A stretch of 64,000 bases of DNA from Vulcanimicrobiota bacterium. Its GTDB lineage: Bacteria > Vulcanimicrobiota > Vulcanimicrobiia > Vulcanimicrobiales > Vulcanimicrobiaceae. The DNA lies in NCBI GenBank assembly GCA_963777315.1, contig CAVZQC010000002.1, positions 608,001-672,000 of the forward strand, in the 5' to 3' direction. Of this stretch, positions 9,016 to 18,411 are shown in pieces; position 1 is the stretch's first letter; each line of letters starts with the position of its first letter. The position numbers and the translations under genes are program-made. The notes beneath the pieces are model-generated. The model had not been told where the DNA came from. It saw only the letters and a program-made list of their open reading frames with translations, and made no database searches.

Positions 9016-11196
9016 TTATTTTCGTAGCTTGGCGACGTCCGATTCCTTGACGGCGCCCGCGTGATTCGTGCCCAGCGCGCTGCGAATGTAGGTCACCACG
9101 TCGGCGATGTCTTTGTTCGACAGCGTCTTCCACGGCGGCATCATGCCGTTGAAATTCTGCCCGTGCACCGAAATGGGCCCGGTTTTGCCGTTGAGCACGG
9201 TCGTGATGACGGCGCCGGCATCGCCGGTGACGAAATCGTTGCCGTCCAGCGGCGGAGCGACGTTGGGCGTGCCTTGACCGCTCGCGCCGTGACAGCTCGA
9301 GCAGTTTTGCGCAAAGACCTTTTGGCCGGCCGCCGCCTGAGGGCTGGTTGCAGCCGAAGTCGTGCTCGGCGGTCCGCCGGCGTTGCCGCCGCTGCGATTG
9401 ACGTTGGCCTGCTCTTTGGCAGCAACTGCCGCGGTGGGATTGGTCGCGGCCGCAGCCTGCTTTGCCATGATCGAAACCTGGCTCCAGATCGTCAGCGCCC
9501 ACATAACGATGAGCGCACCGCCGACCATCAGCATCACCGGTTTGCGGGAGCCGAACATGCGCGTCGTCGATCGATCGATCCACGGCATGAGCAAAATCAG
9601 CAGCGTCGCTACGCCGGGGATCACTAATGCGCCGATCACTTCGAAATCGCCCGGCACCAAATTGAGCAGTCCGAAGAGATCCAGGAAGTACCACGCCGGA
9701 TACGGCGTGAACTGAACGGTCGGATCGGCTTTCGCGTCGAGAAACGGCGGCGCGAATGCGGCTAGCGCAACCACGAACAAGAAGATGACGAACGACGCAA
9801 ACCCGTCCATGAACATCTGATCCGGCCAGAAGCGCCCCTTCTTGAGCGGGCGCGGATCTTCAACGGGAGGCCCGGCAGGGCCGTTCCAGCGGAAGATCGC
9901 CAAATGCGCGCCCACCAGCGCAATCAGAATTGCGGGCATCAACCAAACGTGCAGGCCGAAGAAGCGGTTGATGGTGAGCGTCCCCATCGTCGTGCCGTCT
10001 TGGGTGAACTGCTGGATGAACGCGCCGATGATCGGAGCTTGCAGCGTGAGATTGATGGCGACCTGCGAGGCGAAGTACGCGTTCATATCCCACGGCAGCA
10101 GGTAGCCCGTCAGGCCGAGCACCATGGTGACCAGCAGCAGAAGCACGCCGACGATCCACTGCAGTTCGCGCGGCGATTTGTACGCGCCCCAGACGACCAC
10201 TTGCAGCAAGTGCAAAAACAGCAGGGCGATCATCGCCGAAGCGCCCCAATAGTGCACGCTCAGCACGAAATGCTGGAACGGATGATCGTACATCGACTTG
10301 GTGGATTCCCACGCGGTCATGGCCGAGGGCGCGTAGAAAAAAGTTAGGAAGATGCCGGTGACGATCTGCAGGATCATCGCGAACAGCGTCGCGCTGCCGA
10401 AAACGTACCAATAGCTTGCGCCGCCGGGGATGTCCTCGGTAAGGAAGTCCTTCGTCATGCTGACGAAGCCGGTGCGCCGTTCGATCCAGTTCAGCATCGT
10501 TGCTCTATCCTCACTGGTGTACGAAATGACGATGCGATTGGGAACCGTCGGCTGATACCGGATCCACTCGACCTGTGCTTGCCCGCTTTGCTCGCGCAGC
10601 GGCAAGGGGTCGAGCCCGCGGGCCGCCGGACCTGCGATGTGCGTGCCGTCAAAGCTGAACTGGGAACCGTGGCACGGGCACTGGAACTTGCCCGCCGCCG
10701 CATTGTACTGATAGAAGCAGCCTAAGTGCGGACAAATCGGGCTGAACAGCACGAAGCCCAAATTGACGATCTGATACGGCAATTCGTTTTTGCCGGTCGC
10801 AGGGTTGAACAGATCGGGACGCGCCTTCTGGAACTGCGCTTGATTCTTGACCTTGATCCCCCACACCGATTGCGGAGCCGATTCCTCGGGCAGATACGCG
10901 TCCTTGGTCTTGAGGTTGATATCGATCTTCACGGGCTTTTCGGTTGCGCTTTGCAGCGCGCTCCAACCGGCGGCATCGAGCGGCGTCCACGTCGCGCCAC
11001 CGCTGCCCACGTCGGGAATCAGCGAGCCGACGATCGGGATGGCCAAGCCCAGTCCGATGAGGCCGCCGATGGCAAGCGTGGCGTTGGCCATGAACGTGCG
11101 GCGGGTGATCTCCTCGTGGCTGCCTTCGTCGTCGTAAGCGCTGGCAATTCGAGGATGGGCGCCCTCATTCGGCGTGGTTTGGGCGTGGCTCGACAA
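9016..11196 (-). CDS. Rieske Fe-S + cytochrome b (b6 + subunit IV) + cytochrome c in one ORF (menaquinol:cytochrome c reductase); may be two genes, ~10511-11196 and 9016-10497
   Basis: Tat anchor TRRTFM; Rieske motifs CPHLGC and CPCHGS; cytochrome b motifs HYWGAS, HLLQV, TGYLLPWD, RFFGLHVW, AHL; Qo motif PAWY; C-terminal CSSCHG...MPPW. Confidence 0.9.
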   Translation of the reverse strand: MSSHAQTTPNEGAHPRIASAYDDEGSHEEITRRTFMANATLAIGGLIGLGLAIPIVGSLIPDVGSGGATWTPLDAAGWSALQSATEKPVKIDINLKTKDAYLPEESAPQSVWGIKVKNQAQFQKARPDLFNPATGKNELPYQIVNLGFVLFSPICPHLGCFYQYNAAAGKFQCPCHGSQFSFDGTHIAGPAARGLDPLPLREQSGQAQVEWIRYQPTVPNRIVISYTSEDRATMLNWIERRTGFVSMTKDFLTEDIPGGASYWYVFGSATLFAMILQIVTGIFLTFFYAPSAMTAWESTKSMYDHPFQHFVLSVHYWGASAMIALLFLHLLQVVVWGAYKSPRELQWIVGVLLLLVTMVLGLTGYLLPWDMNAYFASQVAINLTLQAPIIGAFIQQFTQDGTTMGTLTINRFFGLHVWLMPAILIALVGAHLAIFRWNGPAGPPVEDPRPLKKGRFWPDQMFMDGFASFVIFLFVVALAAFAPPFLDAKADPTVQFTPYPAWYFLDLFGLLNLVPGDFEVIGALVIPGVATLLILLMPWIDRSTTRMFGSRKPVMLMVGGALIVMWALTIWSQVSIMAKQAAAATNPTAAVAAKEQANVNRSGGNAGGPPSTTSAATSPQAAAGQKVFAQNCSSCHGASGQGTPNVAPPLDGNDFVTGDAGAVITTVLNGKTGPISVHGQNFNGMMPPWKTLSNKDIADVVTYIRSALGTNHAGAVKESDVAKLRK

Positions 11197-11244
11197 ATCG
11201 GTGGTCTCCGCAGGGCAACGTGGTTGGCGAATGTTTCACACCGA

Positions 11245-11250
11245 TTCTAC
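11245..11250 (-). promoter_or_regulatory. Putative -10 element (TAGAAT) for the Rieske/cytochrome b unit
   Basis: Minus strand gggcgTAGAATcggtgtg about 50 nt upstream of TTG 11196, which has a GGAGA SD. Confidence 0.4.
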
Positions 11251-11453
11251 GCCCGCCCTCTCGCGGCGGCGACGACCATGCTCGGACTGACAAAAAAGGC
11301 GCCGGCCGCCCTGGAAGTACTCTCGCGCCGGATTGGAACCGCATGGCCATCGCCAGCCGCGCCGCATGCTGTGCGCGAGCCGGGAAGAAACGCTCGATCG
11401 TGCTCTCGTCCACGATGGCGGCGCTGTTCCGTGCCGAAGGCGCTGCGTTTACG

Positions 11454-12470
11454 CTACATCTTGTCACTGTGCAGACCGCTAATCCACAAGTTCACGCCGA
11501 AGTAGCAGAACATGATCGTGAGAAACCCTATCGCGCTCACCCATACGCTGCGCACTCCGCGCCACTCTTTGCGCGTGTGCAAGTGCATGTAAATGGCGTA
11601 GACGATCCAGGAGAACAGCGCGGCGGTCTCCTTGGGATCCCATTGCCAGTATGCTCCCCAGGCTTCGTGCGCCCACATCGCTCCGGTGATGACGCCCAAC
11701 GTGAGCAGCGGTAGGCCGACGGCGACGATCCGGTAGACGAGCACGTCGAGCTGCGCGAGGCTGGGCATCGTGCCGAGCCACTGCGCGACGCTGCTTCCGC
11801 CGGCTGCGGCTGCAGCGATGTTCGGGGTGTCCATGCGCACCGCAACCGCGCGCGGTGCGATCGCGGCATCCCCAACGGAGAGCTGCGCGCCCTGGTATGC
11901 CAGCGATCCGGCCAGCAGTTGGCCGCCGGGCTTTGACACGGCGCCCCCGGCGGCGAGGGTTGTTTTTGCGCCCAGCCCGCGCTCGAAATAGTATTTCACT
12001 AAATAGAGCGCCGACATCACGAACGCGACCATGAACGCCGAGTACGACGAAACGACCAGCGGAACGTGGATCTTGGCCCAATACGACTGCAGCGACGGAA
12101 CGGCGGGCATCGTTCCTTCGTTCCACGTCACTCCGTACGCAAGAAAGAGCGCCGCAAGCGCGAGCACGAAGCCGCCGGCGAACCACAACTTGTACCGCAG
12201 CGCAAATACGATGAAGATCCCGACCGAAATCGTCGCAAACAGTGAAAGCGATCCGTACAGGTTGAGCAACGGCCAGATGTGCGTTATTTCATACCGCGCC
12301 ACGAGCTGCGCGATTTGCGCGACGCACCCGGCGATCGCCAGCGGCGCGCCGAGGTGCAGCAGCCATTCTTCGCGCGAAAAAAAGTAGACGAGCAAGGCGA
12401 GCGCGCCGACGACGTACGCGCCCAGCGCGACGATCATCAGCACTTCGTCGAGCGGCATGTGTGCGTGCAT
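11454..12470 (-). CDS. ccsA: Cytochrome c biogenesis system II heme-lyase subunit (CcsA/ResC)
   Basis: LQSYWAKIHV, WWD domain GAMWAHEAWGAYWQWDPKET, SGLHS. ATG 12470 follows a GGAGG SD. Confidence 0.93.
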   Translation of the reverse strand: MHAHMPLDEVLMIVALGAYVVGALALLVYFFSREEWLLHLGAPLAIAGCVAQIAQLVARYEITHIWPLLNLYGSLSLFATISVGIFIVFALRYKLWFAGGFVLALAALFLAYGVTWNEGTMPAVPSLQSYWAKIHVPLVVSSYSAFMVAFVMSALYLVKYYFERGLGAKTTLAAGGAVSKPGGQLLAGSLAYQGAQLSVGDAAIAPRAVAVRMDTPNIAAAAAGGSSVAQWLGTMPSLAQLDVLVYRIVAVGLPLLTLGVITGAMWAHEAWGAYWQWDPKETAALFSWIVYAIYMHLHTRKEWRGVRSVWVSAIGFLTIMFCYFGVNLWISGLHSDKM

Positions 12471-13879
12471 CAGGTTGCCTCCGCTAATGAGAGCGTGGGA
12501 GCCGGTCCCGGTGGATTCAGGGCGTTCTCGAATTCGGCGAGCAATTCGTTGAACTGCACTTCGAAGATGTCGTAGCCTTTGACGGTCGTGGCCGCAAGAC
12601 CCACGTCCCAGGCCGCGGGCGCGGTTTGCGTGGAGCTGCGACCGGCCGCCGGATCGACGCGCACGTAGAGCCGCGCAGGCAAAAAGTAAAATGAAATGAC
12701 CAGCCCCGCCAGCAGCACGAACGCGCCGATGCCGACGAGGGCAACGCCCGGATCGTAGCGGTATTGCAGCCCGCTGACCATGACGTAACTGCTCGGCGTT
12801 ATGCGCCAGCCGCCGCCGACGTCGATCCACGTTTTCAACGGGACCAGTGCCGCGCCGGCCGTTTGGTCGCCGTCGGCCACTTCGAGCGCCACGGCGGGAT
12901 CGTTCACGCGTGGATCGGCCGACGGCCGCCCGGTTTGGCGGTCGACCGTGGGAATGAACTGCGCGATCCGAATCTGCCGCTGCGTTCCGGGCAGCCCGAT
13001 CGAGTCACCGGTCAGGTAAGTCTTGTCCGACAGCGCGGCATCGCGCGTGCCGTCGTGGGCGACCAAAAACCGCAGACCGAAACCGTAGCTGGATTGGTAA
13101 AACAAGGTGCCGCCGATGTCGATGGGATGATTCACGCGAATCGTTTGGCTGCGGGCGTTTGCGTTCTCGTCGATCACCGTGACGTTGGAAACGTAATCGA
13201 TGGGCTGGTACACCATGCCGCTTTTGGTCATGATCGGCGTGATCTTGTAGTTGAAGTCGTTGAGCCGGATCGCGGCGTGCGAGTGCGGAACTGCGGTCGT
13301 TTGACCGACCTCGAGCGGCAAGTCCCCGGCAAAGCCGCGCGCCCAGTAGACCGACGTGCCCGCAGCGATGATTGTGAACCCGATGTGCGCGACCAGCACG
13401 CCGCGGCGAGCCCAGTTATGCTTGTCGGCAAACGTCCATTCGGTGCCCGCAAATTCGCGCTTGCGCACCTGCCAGCCGCGCTTGCGGAAAAACGCCTCGA
13501 CGCGATCGCGCACGGCGGATTCGCTGCCGCGCACCGTGATGGTGGCGTTGAGCGGAATCTTGTCGATCCGCACGGGGTGCAAAGCGGGAAGACGAGCGGG
13601 AATGACTCGCTTGAACGTGCACACGGCCAGCGACAGCAAGATGAGGCCGATGATGCCCACGTAGTACGGGGTGTGGTAGATATTGTCGACGTTCAAGCGC
13701 AGGATGAGCCGCGCAAGCGGGGGCGCGTACATCGCGAAGTAATCGCTCGGGTCCTTGCCTTGCGCGACGACCACTCCGACTAGCGTCATCACGCCCCACG
13801 CCAGCAGCAGGCACACGGCGAACAGCACGTTGCCGAAAGTGCGCGTGAATTCGTCGTAATACGTCCGAAGCACCGCCAT
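12470..13879 (-). CDS. resB: Cytochrome c biogenesis protein ResB/CcsB
   Basis: NIYHTPYY, LSLAVCT, GVLVAHIGF, IRVNHP...FYQSSYG, SGLQYRYDPG. Confidence 0.9.
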   Translation of the reverse strand: MAVLRTYYDEFTRTFGNVLFAVCLLLAWGVMTLVGVVVAQGKDPSDYFAMYAPPLARLILRLNVDNIYHTPYYVGIIGLILLSLAVCTFKRVIPARLPALHPVRIDKIPLNATITVRGSESAVRDRVEAFFRKRGWQVRKREFAGTEWTFADKHNWARRGVLVAHIGFTIIAAGTSVYWARGFAGDLPLEVGQTTAVPHSHAAIRLNDFNYKITPIMTKSGMVYQPIDYVSNVTVIDENANARSQTIRVNHPIDIGGTLFYQSSYGFGLRFLVAHDGTRDAALSDKTYLTGDSIGLPGTQRQIRIAQFIPTVDRQTGRPSADPRVNDPAVALEVADGDQTAGAALVPLKTWIDVGGGWRITPSSYVMVSGLQYRYDPGVALVGIGAFVLLAGLVISFYFLPARLYVRVDPAAGRSSTQTAPAAWDVGLAATTVKGYDIFEVQFNELLAEFENALNPPGPAPTLSLAEAT

Positions 13880-13892
13880 GCGGCTTACGAGC

Positions 13893-14723
13893 TTAATATG
13901 CCGCGGCTTGGGCCCGCCACGACTTCTCAAGCAGCGCGATGATCCACAGGCTGGCTTCGTACAGCGCGTACATCGGCAGCGCCATCATCGCCATGGTCAG
14001 CGGGTTGCCGTCCGGCGCGGCCACGGCGCCGAACAAGAAGAAGCCGAACAGGAAGTAGCGTCTGGAGCGCTTGAGAAATGCCGAATTCACTATGCCGATG
14101 CGGGCCAGGGCGATCATCACGATCGGCGTTTGAAAGATCAGCGCGAACGCCAGAAACACCAGCAGAATGAAGTTCAGCGTCGATTCGATCCCGAACGTCG
14201 GCGTGGCTACGTGGTTGGTTACGCCGATCAACGTACCGACCACGCGCGGCAGCACCAAGAAGTGCGCGAATGCGATGCCTGCCAGCGCCAGAAAAAACGA
14301 GGGCGCGACGTAAGCGTACACCATGCGCCGCGTGCGCGGATGAAACGCCGGAACGACGAACATCCACAGCTGGTAAAGCAGCACCGGCAAGCCGACCACG
14401 ATGGCCGCGTAGATCGAAAACTTGAATTCCACCATGATCACGTCGGCCGGTCCGAACGCGTGAAGCTGGACGCCGTGAAAATAGGCGTTGGTCAGAAACG
14501 GAATGACGTACTGGGAAGGCCAAAACAGCAGCACGCCTAGGCCGACGACCGTACCGATAACCACGAGAAGCCGCTTGCGCAGCTCGTGCAGGTGCTCGGT
14601 GAAGCTCATCTCCTTTTGATCCCACGCCAAGTCCCCGGCGTTCTCGCCGGCGAGCTGAGCGGTGGCGGGAAGCGCGCTTTCGCTTTGCGCGAAGCCGGCC
14701 GGAGCGCTGCGGGATGAGAACAC
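13893..14723 (-). CDS. tatC: Tat translocase TatC
   Basis: EMSFTEHLHELRKRL, LYQLWMFVVP, FQTP, APDGNPLTM, LYEASL. Confidence 0.93.
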   Translation of the reverse strand: MFSSRSAPAGFAQSESALPATAQLAGENAGDLAWDQKEMSFTEHLHELRKRLLVVIGTVVGLGVLLFWPSQYVIPFLTNAYFHGVQLHAFGPADVIMVEFKFSIYAAIVVGLPVLLYQLWMFVVPAFHPRTRRMVYAYVAPSFFLALAGIAFAHFLVLPRVVGTLIGVTNHVATPTFGIESTLNFILLVFLAFALIFQTPIVMIALARIGIVNSAFLKRSRRYFLFGFFLFGAVAAPDGNPLTMAMMALPMYALYEASLWIIALLEKSWRAQAAAY

Positions 14724-14727
14724 GGTC

Positions 14728-15036
14728 TTAACTGCTCAGCGTTCCTTTATCGGGCGTCGGAGGCGGGACGTTTTCGCCCACGCCGGCGGCGTTGGGTGCA
14801 GAGACGTTCTGCATCGGATCGCGCTGCGCGGATTCCGCCCGCATGCGCGCTTGCTCGCGGGCATGGTCGGCCGCCGCATCGGCCTCAGCCTGCCCCACCA
14901 AAAATTCCTTTTTCGCTTGTCCCGCGCTGCGCGCGAGTTTGGGCAGCTTCTCCGCGCCGAACAGCACTACGGCGGCGACTACTACGATGGCGATGATCTC
15001 CGGGCTCAGCAGCGCGGTCATCGGGTGAATGGACAT
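14728..15036 (-). CDS. tatA: Tat translocase TatA/E
   Basis: EIIAIVVVAAVVLFGAEKLPKLARSAGQAKKEF; ATG 15036 after AGGAG. Confidence 0.9.
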   Translation of the reverse strand: MSIHPMTALLSPEIIAIVVVAAVVLFGAEKLPKLARSAGQAKKEFLVGQAEADAAADHAREQARMRAESAQRDPMQNVSAPNAAGVGENVPPPTPDKGTLSS

Positions 15037-15044
15037 ACGTACTC

Positions 15045-16028
15045 CTATTCGACAAGGGTGTCGGCCAGACGCTGCAGTTCGTTCTTGGCTGCGCCGTGCT
15101 CGAGCGGCGCGAGGCAAAGCTTTGCACGGTGTGCGTACTGCGCTATCTGCTCGCGGGTTCCGGCCAGTCCCCCGCGGGCTGCGATCGCGTCGATTACCGG
15201 CCCCGCGGCGCCGTCTTCCCCTGTGCAATAGAAACGTTCGACCAGGCGCCGAGTGTCACCGTCACCCGCGGTCAAGGCCAGAATTAACGGAATCGTCACC
15301 TTGCGTTCGCGTAAATCGTTGGCAACCGGCTTGCCGAGCGCTTGCGCGTCCGCAGTCATGTCCAGCAGGTCGTCCTTCATCTGAAACGCGATCCCGAACT
15401 GCATGCCGTAGTCGCGCAGCGCCTTGACCGCAGCGGGCGCAGCGCCGCCCATGATGGCCCCGCACTGCGCCGAAGCGGCGAACAGCGATGCCGTTTTCTT
15501 CATCACGATGTCGACGTATTCGGTCAGCGGCAAATTCACATTGCCCAGCGCGCGCAGCTGCAGCACTTCGCCGTCGCAGATCTCGGCGAGCGTGGCCGAC
15601 AGTATGTTGGGAACCGGCGCGGGATACTGCGCGGTAACGTTTTTGAAGATCCACGCAAAAAGATAGTCACCCGCGAGCACGCTGATCCGGTTGCCGTAAT
15701 CCACCGCGGTTGCGTTCACGCCCCTGCGCGTCTGCGCGCCGTCGACCACGTCGTCGTGAATCAGCGTTGCGACGTGGATGAGCTCCATGTATGCGGCTAA
15801 ATGCAGATGGCTGCGCGGGTTTGCGCCGGCGGCTTGCGCGGCCAGCAGCGTGATGCGCGGGCGCAGCCGTTTGCCGCCGGCCGCCAGCATGCGTCGTATC
15901 GCTTCGGTGATCAGCGGATTGTCGGTCGTAAAGGCGTTGCGAAAGAAATCTTCGATCAGGCTGTAGAGGCTTGCATCGGTGCGGGGCTGCAAACCGTCCA
16001 GAGCGTCGCCGAAGGGTTCGATCATCAC
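15045..16028 (-). CDS. Long-chain polyprenyl diphosphate synthase (HepT/IspB family)
   Basis: GGKRLRP, first Asp-rich motif IHDDVVD...RRG, second motif FQMKDDLLD, GKPVANDL. Confidence 0.92.
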   Translation of the reverse strand: MMIEPFGDALDGLQPRTDASLYSLIEDFFRNAFTTDNPLITEAIRRMLAAGGKRLRPRITLLAAQAAGANPRSHLHLAAYMELIHVATLIHDDVVDGAQTRRGVNATAVDYGNRISVLAGDYLFAWIFKNVTAQYPAPVPNILSATLAEICDGEVLQLRALGNVNLPLTEYVDIVMKKTASLFAASAQCGAIMGGAAPAAVKALRDYGMQFGIAFQMKDDLLDMTADAQALGKPVANDLRERKVTIPLILALTAGDGDTRRLVERFYCTGEDGAAGPVIDAIAARGGLAGTREQIAQYAHRAKLCLAPLEHGAAKNELQRLADTLVE

Positions 16029-16726
16029 GCGGTACCGTAGTGAATCGCGACGGCGCCGCCCATCAGCGGCACGTATCCTACGTCGCTGAATCCGGCGCCC
16101 GCGAAACGCTCGCGCAAAGCCCGAGCGTTGGGATGATGCGTGAGCGACTGGGGCAAATAGGTGTAGGCTTGACGCGATCCGCCCACGATTCCACCGACGA
16201 GCGGAACCACTTTATAAAAGTAGAGATCGAAGCAGGACTTCCAGATTTTGTTTGGCGCCTTGCTCATGTCCAAGTTCACGAAGCGTGCCCGGGGGCGCAG
16301 TACGCGTCGAACTTCGCGCAAGGTTGCGTCGATGTCGACGACGTTGCGCATCGAAAAGCCCATGATTGCGCCGTCGAAGCTGCGATCGTCGAACGGAAGC
16401 GCCATCACGTCGGCCTGAACGAATGCAACGTCCGCTCGGGCTTCGCGAGGGGCGCGCGCGCGAGCCGCATCCAGCATTGGTTCGCAGAAATCCACGCCCG
16501 TGACGTGCAGGCTCGGATCGCCGCGGACGAGATGAAACGCGAGGTCGCCGGTTCCGCAGCAGAGATCGACGACGGATGCACCTTTTGGAGCTGCCAGCAA
16601 GGCGATCGCGCGTTTGCGCCATCCTTCGTCGAGCCCGGCGCTGATGACGCGGTTGGCGGCATCGTAACGCGGCGCGATTTTCGCGAACATCTCGCGAACG
16701 TACGCCCCTTTGTCGGTGTCCATCAT
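16025..16726 (-). CDS. menG: Demethylmenaquinone methyltransferase (MenG/UbiE)
   Basis: VREMFAKIAPRYDAANRVIS, VDLCCGTGD, GVDFCEPML, AYTYLPQS. Confidence 0.9.
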   Translation of the reverse strand: MMDTDKGAYVREMFAKIAPRYDAANRVISAGLDEGWRKRAIALLAAPKGASVVDLCCGTGDLAFHLVRGDPSLHVTGVDFCEPMLDAARARAPREARADVAFVQADVMALPFDDRSFDGAIMGFSMRNVVDIDATLREVRRVLRPRARFVNLDMSKAPNKIWKSCFDLYFYKVVPLVGGIVGGSRQAYTYLPQSLTHHPNARALRERFAGAGFSDVGYVPLMGGAVAIHYGTA

Positions 16727-16790
16727 AATTGAAGCCGTACGGTTTCGCTTCGGCCCTTGACGTTCATTCCCCGAGATGTGAAGGGGAATC

Positions 16791-17708
16791 GTGGTCTCGC
16801 TTTCTTCCCGCAGCGCCGTGCTCGACGCCATCGGCAGCGCGCGCAGCGTGCTTTTCAGCGCATACACCCTGCAGCGCGGAGCCGTTTTCGACGCCTTGGC
16901 CGGGGCCGCGCGGCGCGGCGCGCGAGTAACCGTGCGTCTGGAGGGCCGTCCTTACGGCGATGCGGGCGGCCTGGCGCGGTCGAACGGCAATACCGTCGCG
17001 GCACTCAAACGTCTGGGCGCAGATGCCGCGCTGGTCGACACGGCTGGAGCGCGCGAACCGATGCTGCACGCCAAAGCCGCCGTCTGCGACGGCGTTGCGT
17101 ACCTGGACGATCGCAATTTCGTAGCAAACGCCGGCGATACTATCGTGCGCGACGACACTCCCGGCGACGTGCGAGCGTTGGCGGATGCGGTGCAGCATCG
17201 GCCCGCGGCGCCCGCGCACTGGTTCTGGACGACGAAAAGGGCCGCGCTCGAGGGTGAAGCCGCATTGCTCGACGGCGCTGCAAACGCCAAGACGGTCGAC
17301 GTGGAAACGGAATCATTCGGGCTTCCCGGCGGAGTATATGCGCCGCTCAAGCGGCTTGCGGCCGCCGGCGTCGCATGCCGGCTCATCGTTTCGCCCCGCT
17401 ACGTAAAGCCGAACGAGGCGCACGTTTTGGACTTGCTGCGCGCTGCCGGCGTTGCGGTTCGCCTAGGAACGTTCAACGAAAAGCTGGCGGTCGTCGACGG
17501 CGCGCACGCGTGGACCGGTTCGGCAAACTCCAGTTGCGAGCCGTGCAACGGCGACGACGTCGACTGGGGACTGCGGACCGATGCTCCCGACGTCGTCGGA
17601 GCGCTGGCCTCGCACTTCAACGCGCATTGGACTGCGGCAAAACCGCTGGAAACGCGAAAAGCCGCTGCGCCGTACGCGTCGTCGCTGCAGCAACTTCATC
17701 CGGCGTAA
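16791..17708 (+). CDS. Phospholipase D-superfamily protein (two PLD-like domains)
   Basis: LFSAYTL...AARRGARVTV, HKD motif HAKAAVCD, second motif NEKLAVVD...WTGSAN. Confidence 0.75.
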   Translation: MVSLSSRSAVLDAIGSARSVLFSAYTLQRGAVFDALAGAARRGARVTVRLEGRPYGDAGGLARSNGNTVAALKRLGADAALVDTAGAREPMLHAKAAVCDGVAYLDDRNFVANAGDTIVRDDTPGDVRALADAVQHRPAAPAHWFWTTKRAALEGEAALLDGAANAKTVDVETESFGLPGGVYAPLKRLAAAGVACRLIVSPRYVKPNEAHVLDLLRAAGVAVRLGTFNEKLAVVDGAHAWTGSANSSCEPCNGDDVDWGLRTDAPDVVGALASHFNAHWTAAKPLETRKAAAPYASSLQQLHPA

Positions 17709-18411
17709 GGGCCAGCAGTTCGCCTACTTTGCGTGCGGTCGCGGTCACGAACGCCGGTTCGTTGCGCGCACCGCGGTGCGGGACCGGCGCTAAGTACGGG
17801 CAATCCGTTTCCAAAACGATGTGCTCGATGCCCACCGCAGCGACCGCATCGCGGACCTGCCCGGCGGATTTGAACGTCAGCACGCCGCCGACGCCCAAAT
17901 GCAGGCCGAATTCCTCCACGTACGTTTTTGCCTGAACGACGTCGCCGGTGAAGCAGTGAACGACGCCGCGCATGTGCGCCTGCCACTCTTCGCGCAGGAT
18001 CCAAACGAAGTCGTCGAACGCGTCGCGGTGGTGGAAAATGACCGGCTTTCCGGTTTGGCGCGCAATGCGAATCTGTTCGCGCAGGGCGGTTTGCTGAGCC
18101 GCGCGCGGGCTGTGGTCGTAGTAGTAGTCCAGTCCGGTCTCGCCGATTGCGAGCACGCGCGGATCGTTCAGAAACGGCGCGAACTCCGCCGCGATGTCGG
18201 CCGGCGCCGATTTTGCTTCGTGCGGATGTATCCCCACGGAAGAAAACAGATCGTAACGCCGCGCGGCGTCCAGCGCGCGCGCCGAATCGGCGAGATCGCA
18301 TCCGACCATCACCGCGCTCGCAATGCCTGCCGCGCGCATGCGTTCGACGACTGCATCGCGGTCGGCGTCGAAAGCAGCATCGTGAACGTGAGCGTGCGTA
18401 TCGATCAGCAT
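17617..18411 (-). CDS. tatD: TatD-family DNase
   Basis: MLIDTHAH, GIHPH, IGETGLDYY, GVVHCFTG, LETDCPYLAPVPHRG..NEP. Confidence 0.93.
   Translation of the reverse strand: MLIDTHAHVHDAAFDADRDAVVERMRAAGIASAVMVGCDLADSARALDAARRYDLFSSVGIHPHEAKSAPADIAAEFAPFLNDPRVLAIGETGLDYYYDHSPRAAQQTALREQIRIARQTGKPVIFHHRDAFDDFVWILREEWQAHMRGVVHCFTGDVVQAKTYVEEFGLHLGVGGVLTFKSAGQVRDAVAAVGIEHIVLETDCPYLAPVPHRGARNEPAFVTATARKVGELLALTPDEVAAATTRTAQRLFAFPAVLPQSNAR

Noticed and set aside
11226..11243. Rex/Crp-like TGTGAAACATTCGC before the Rieske gene
   Set aside because: Second half-site is poor and the spacing does not fit either consensus.
11165..11467. 100-aa ORF between ccsA and Rieske
   Set aside because: No recognisable motif, overlaps both neighbours, and the region contains promoter- and terminator-like signals.
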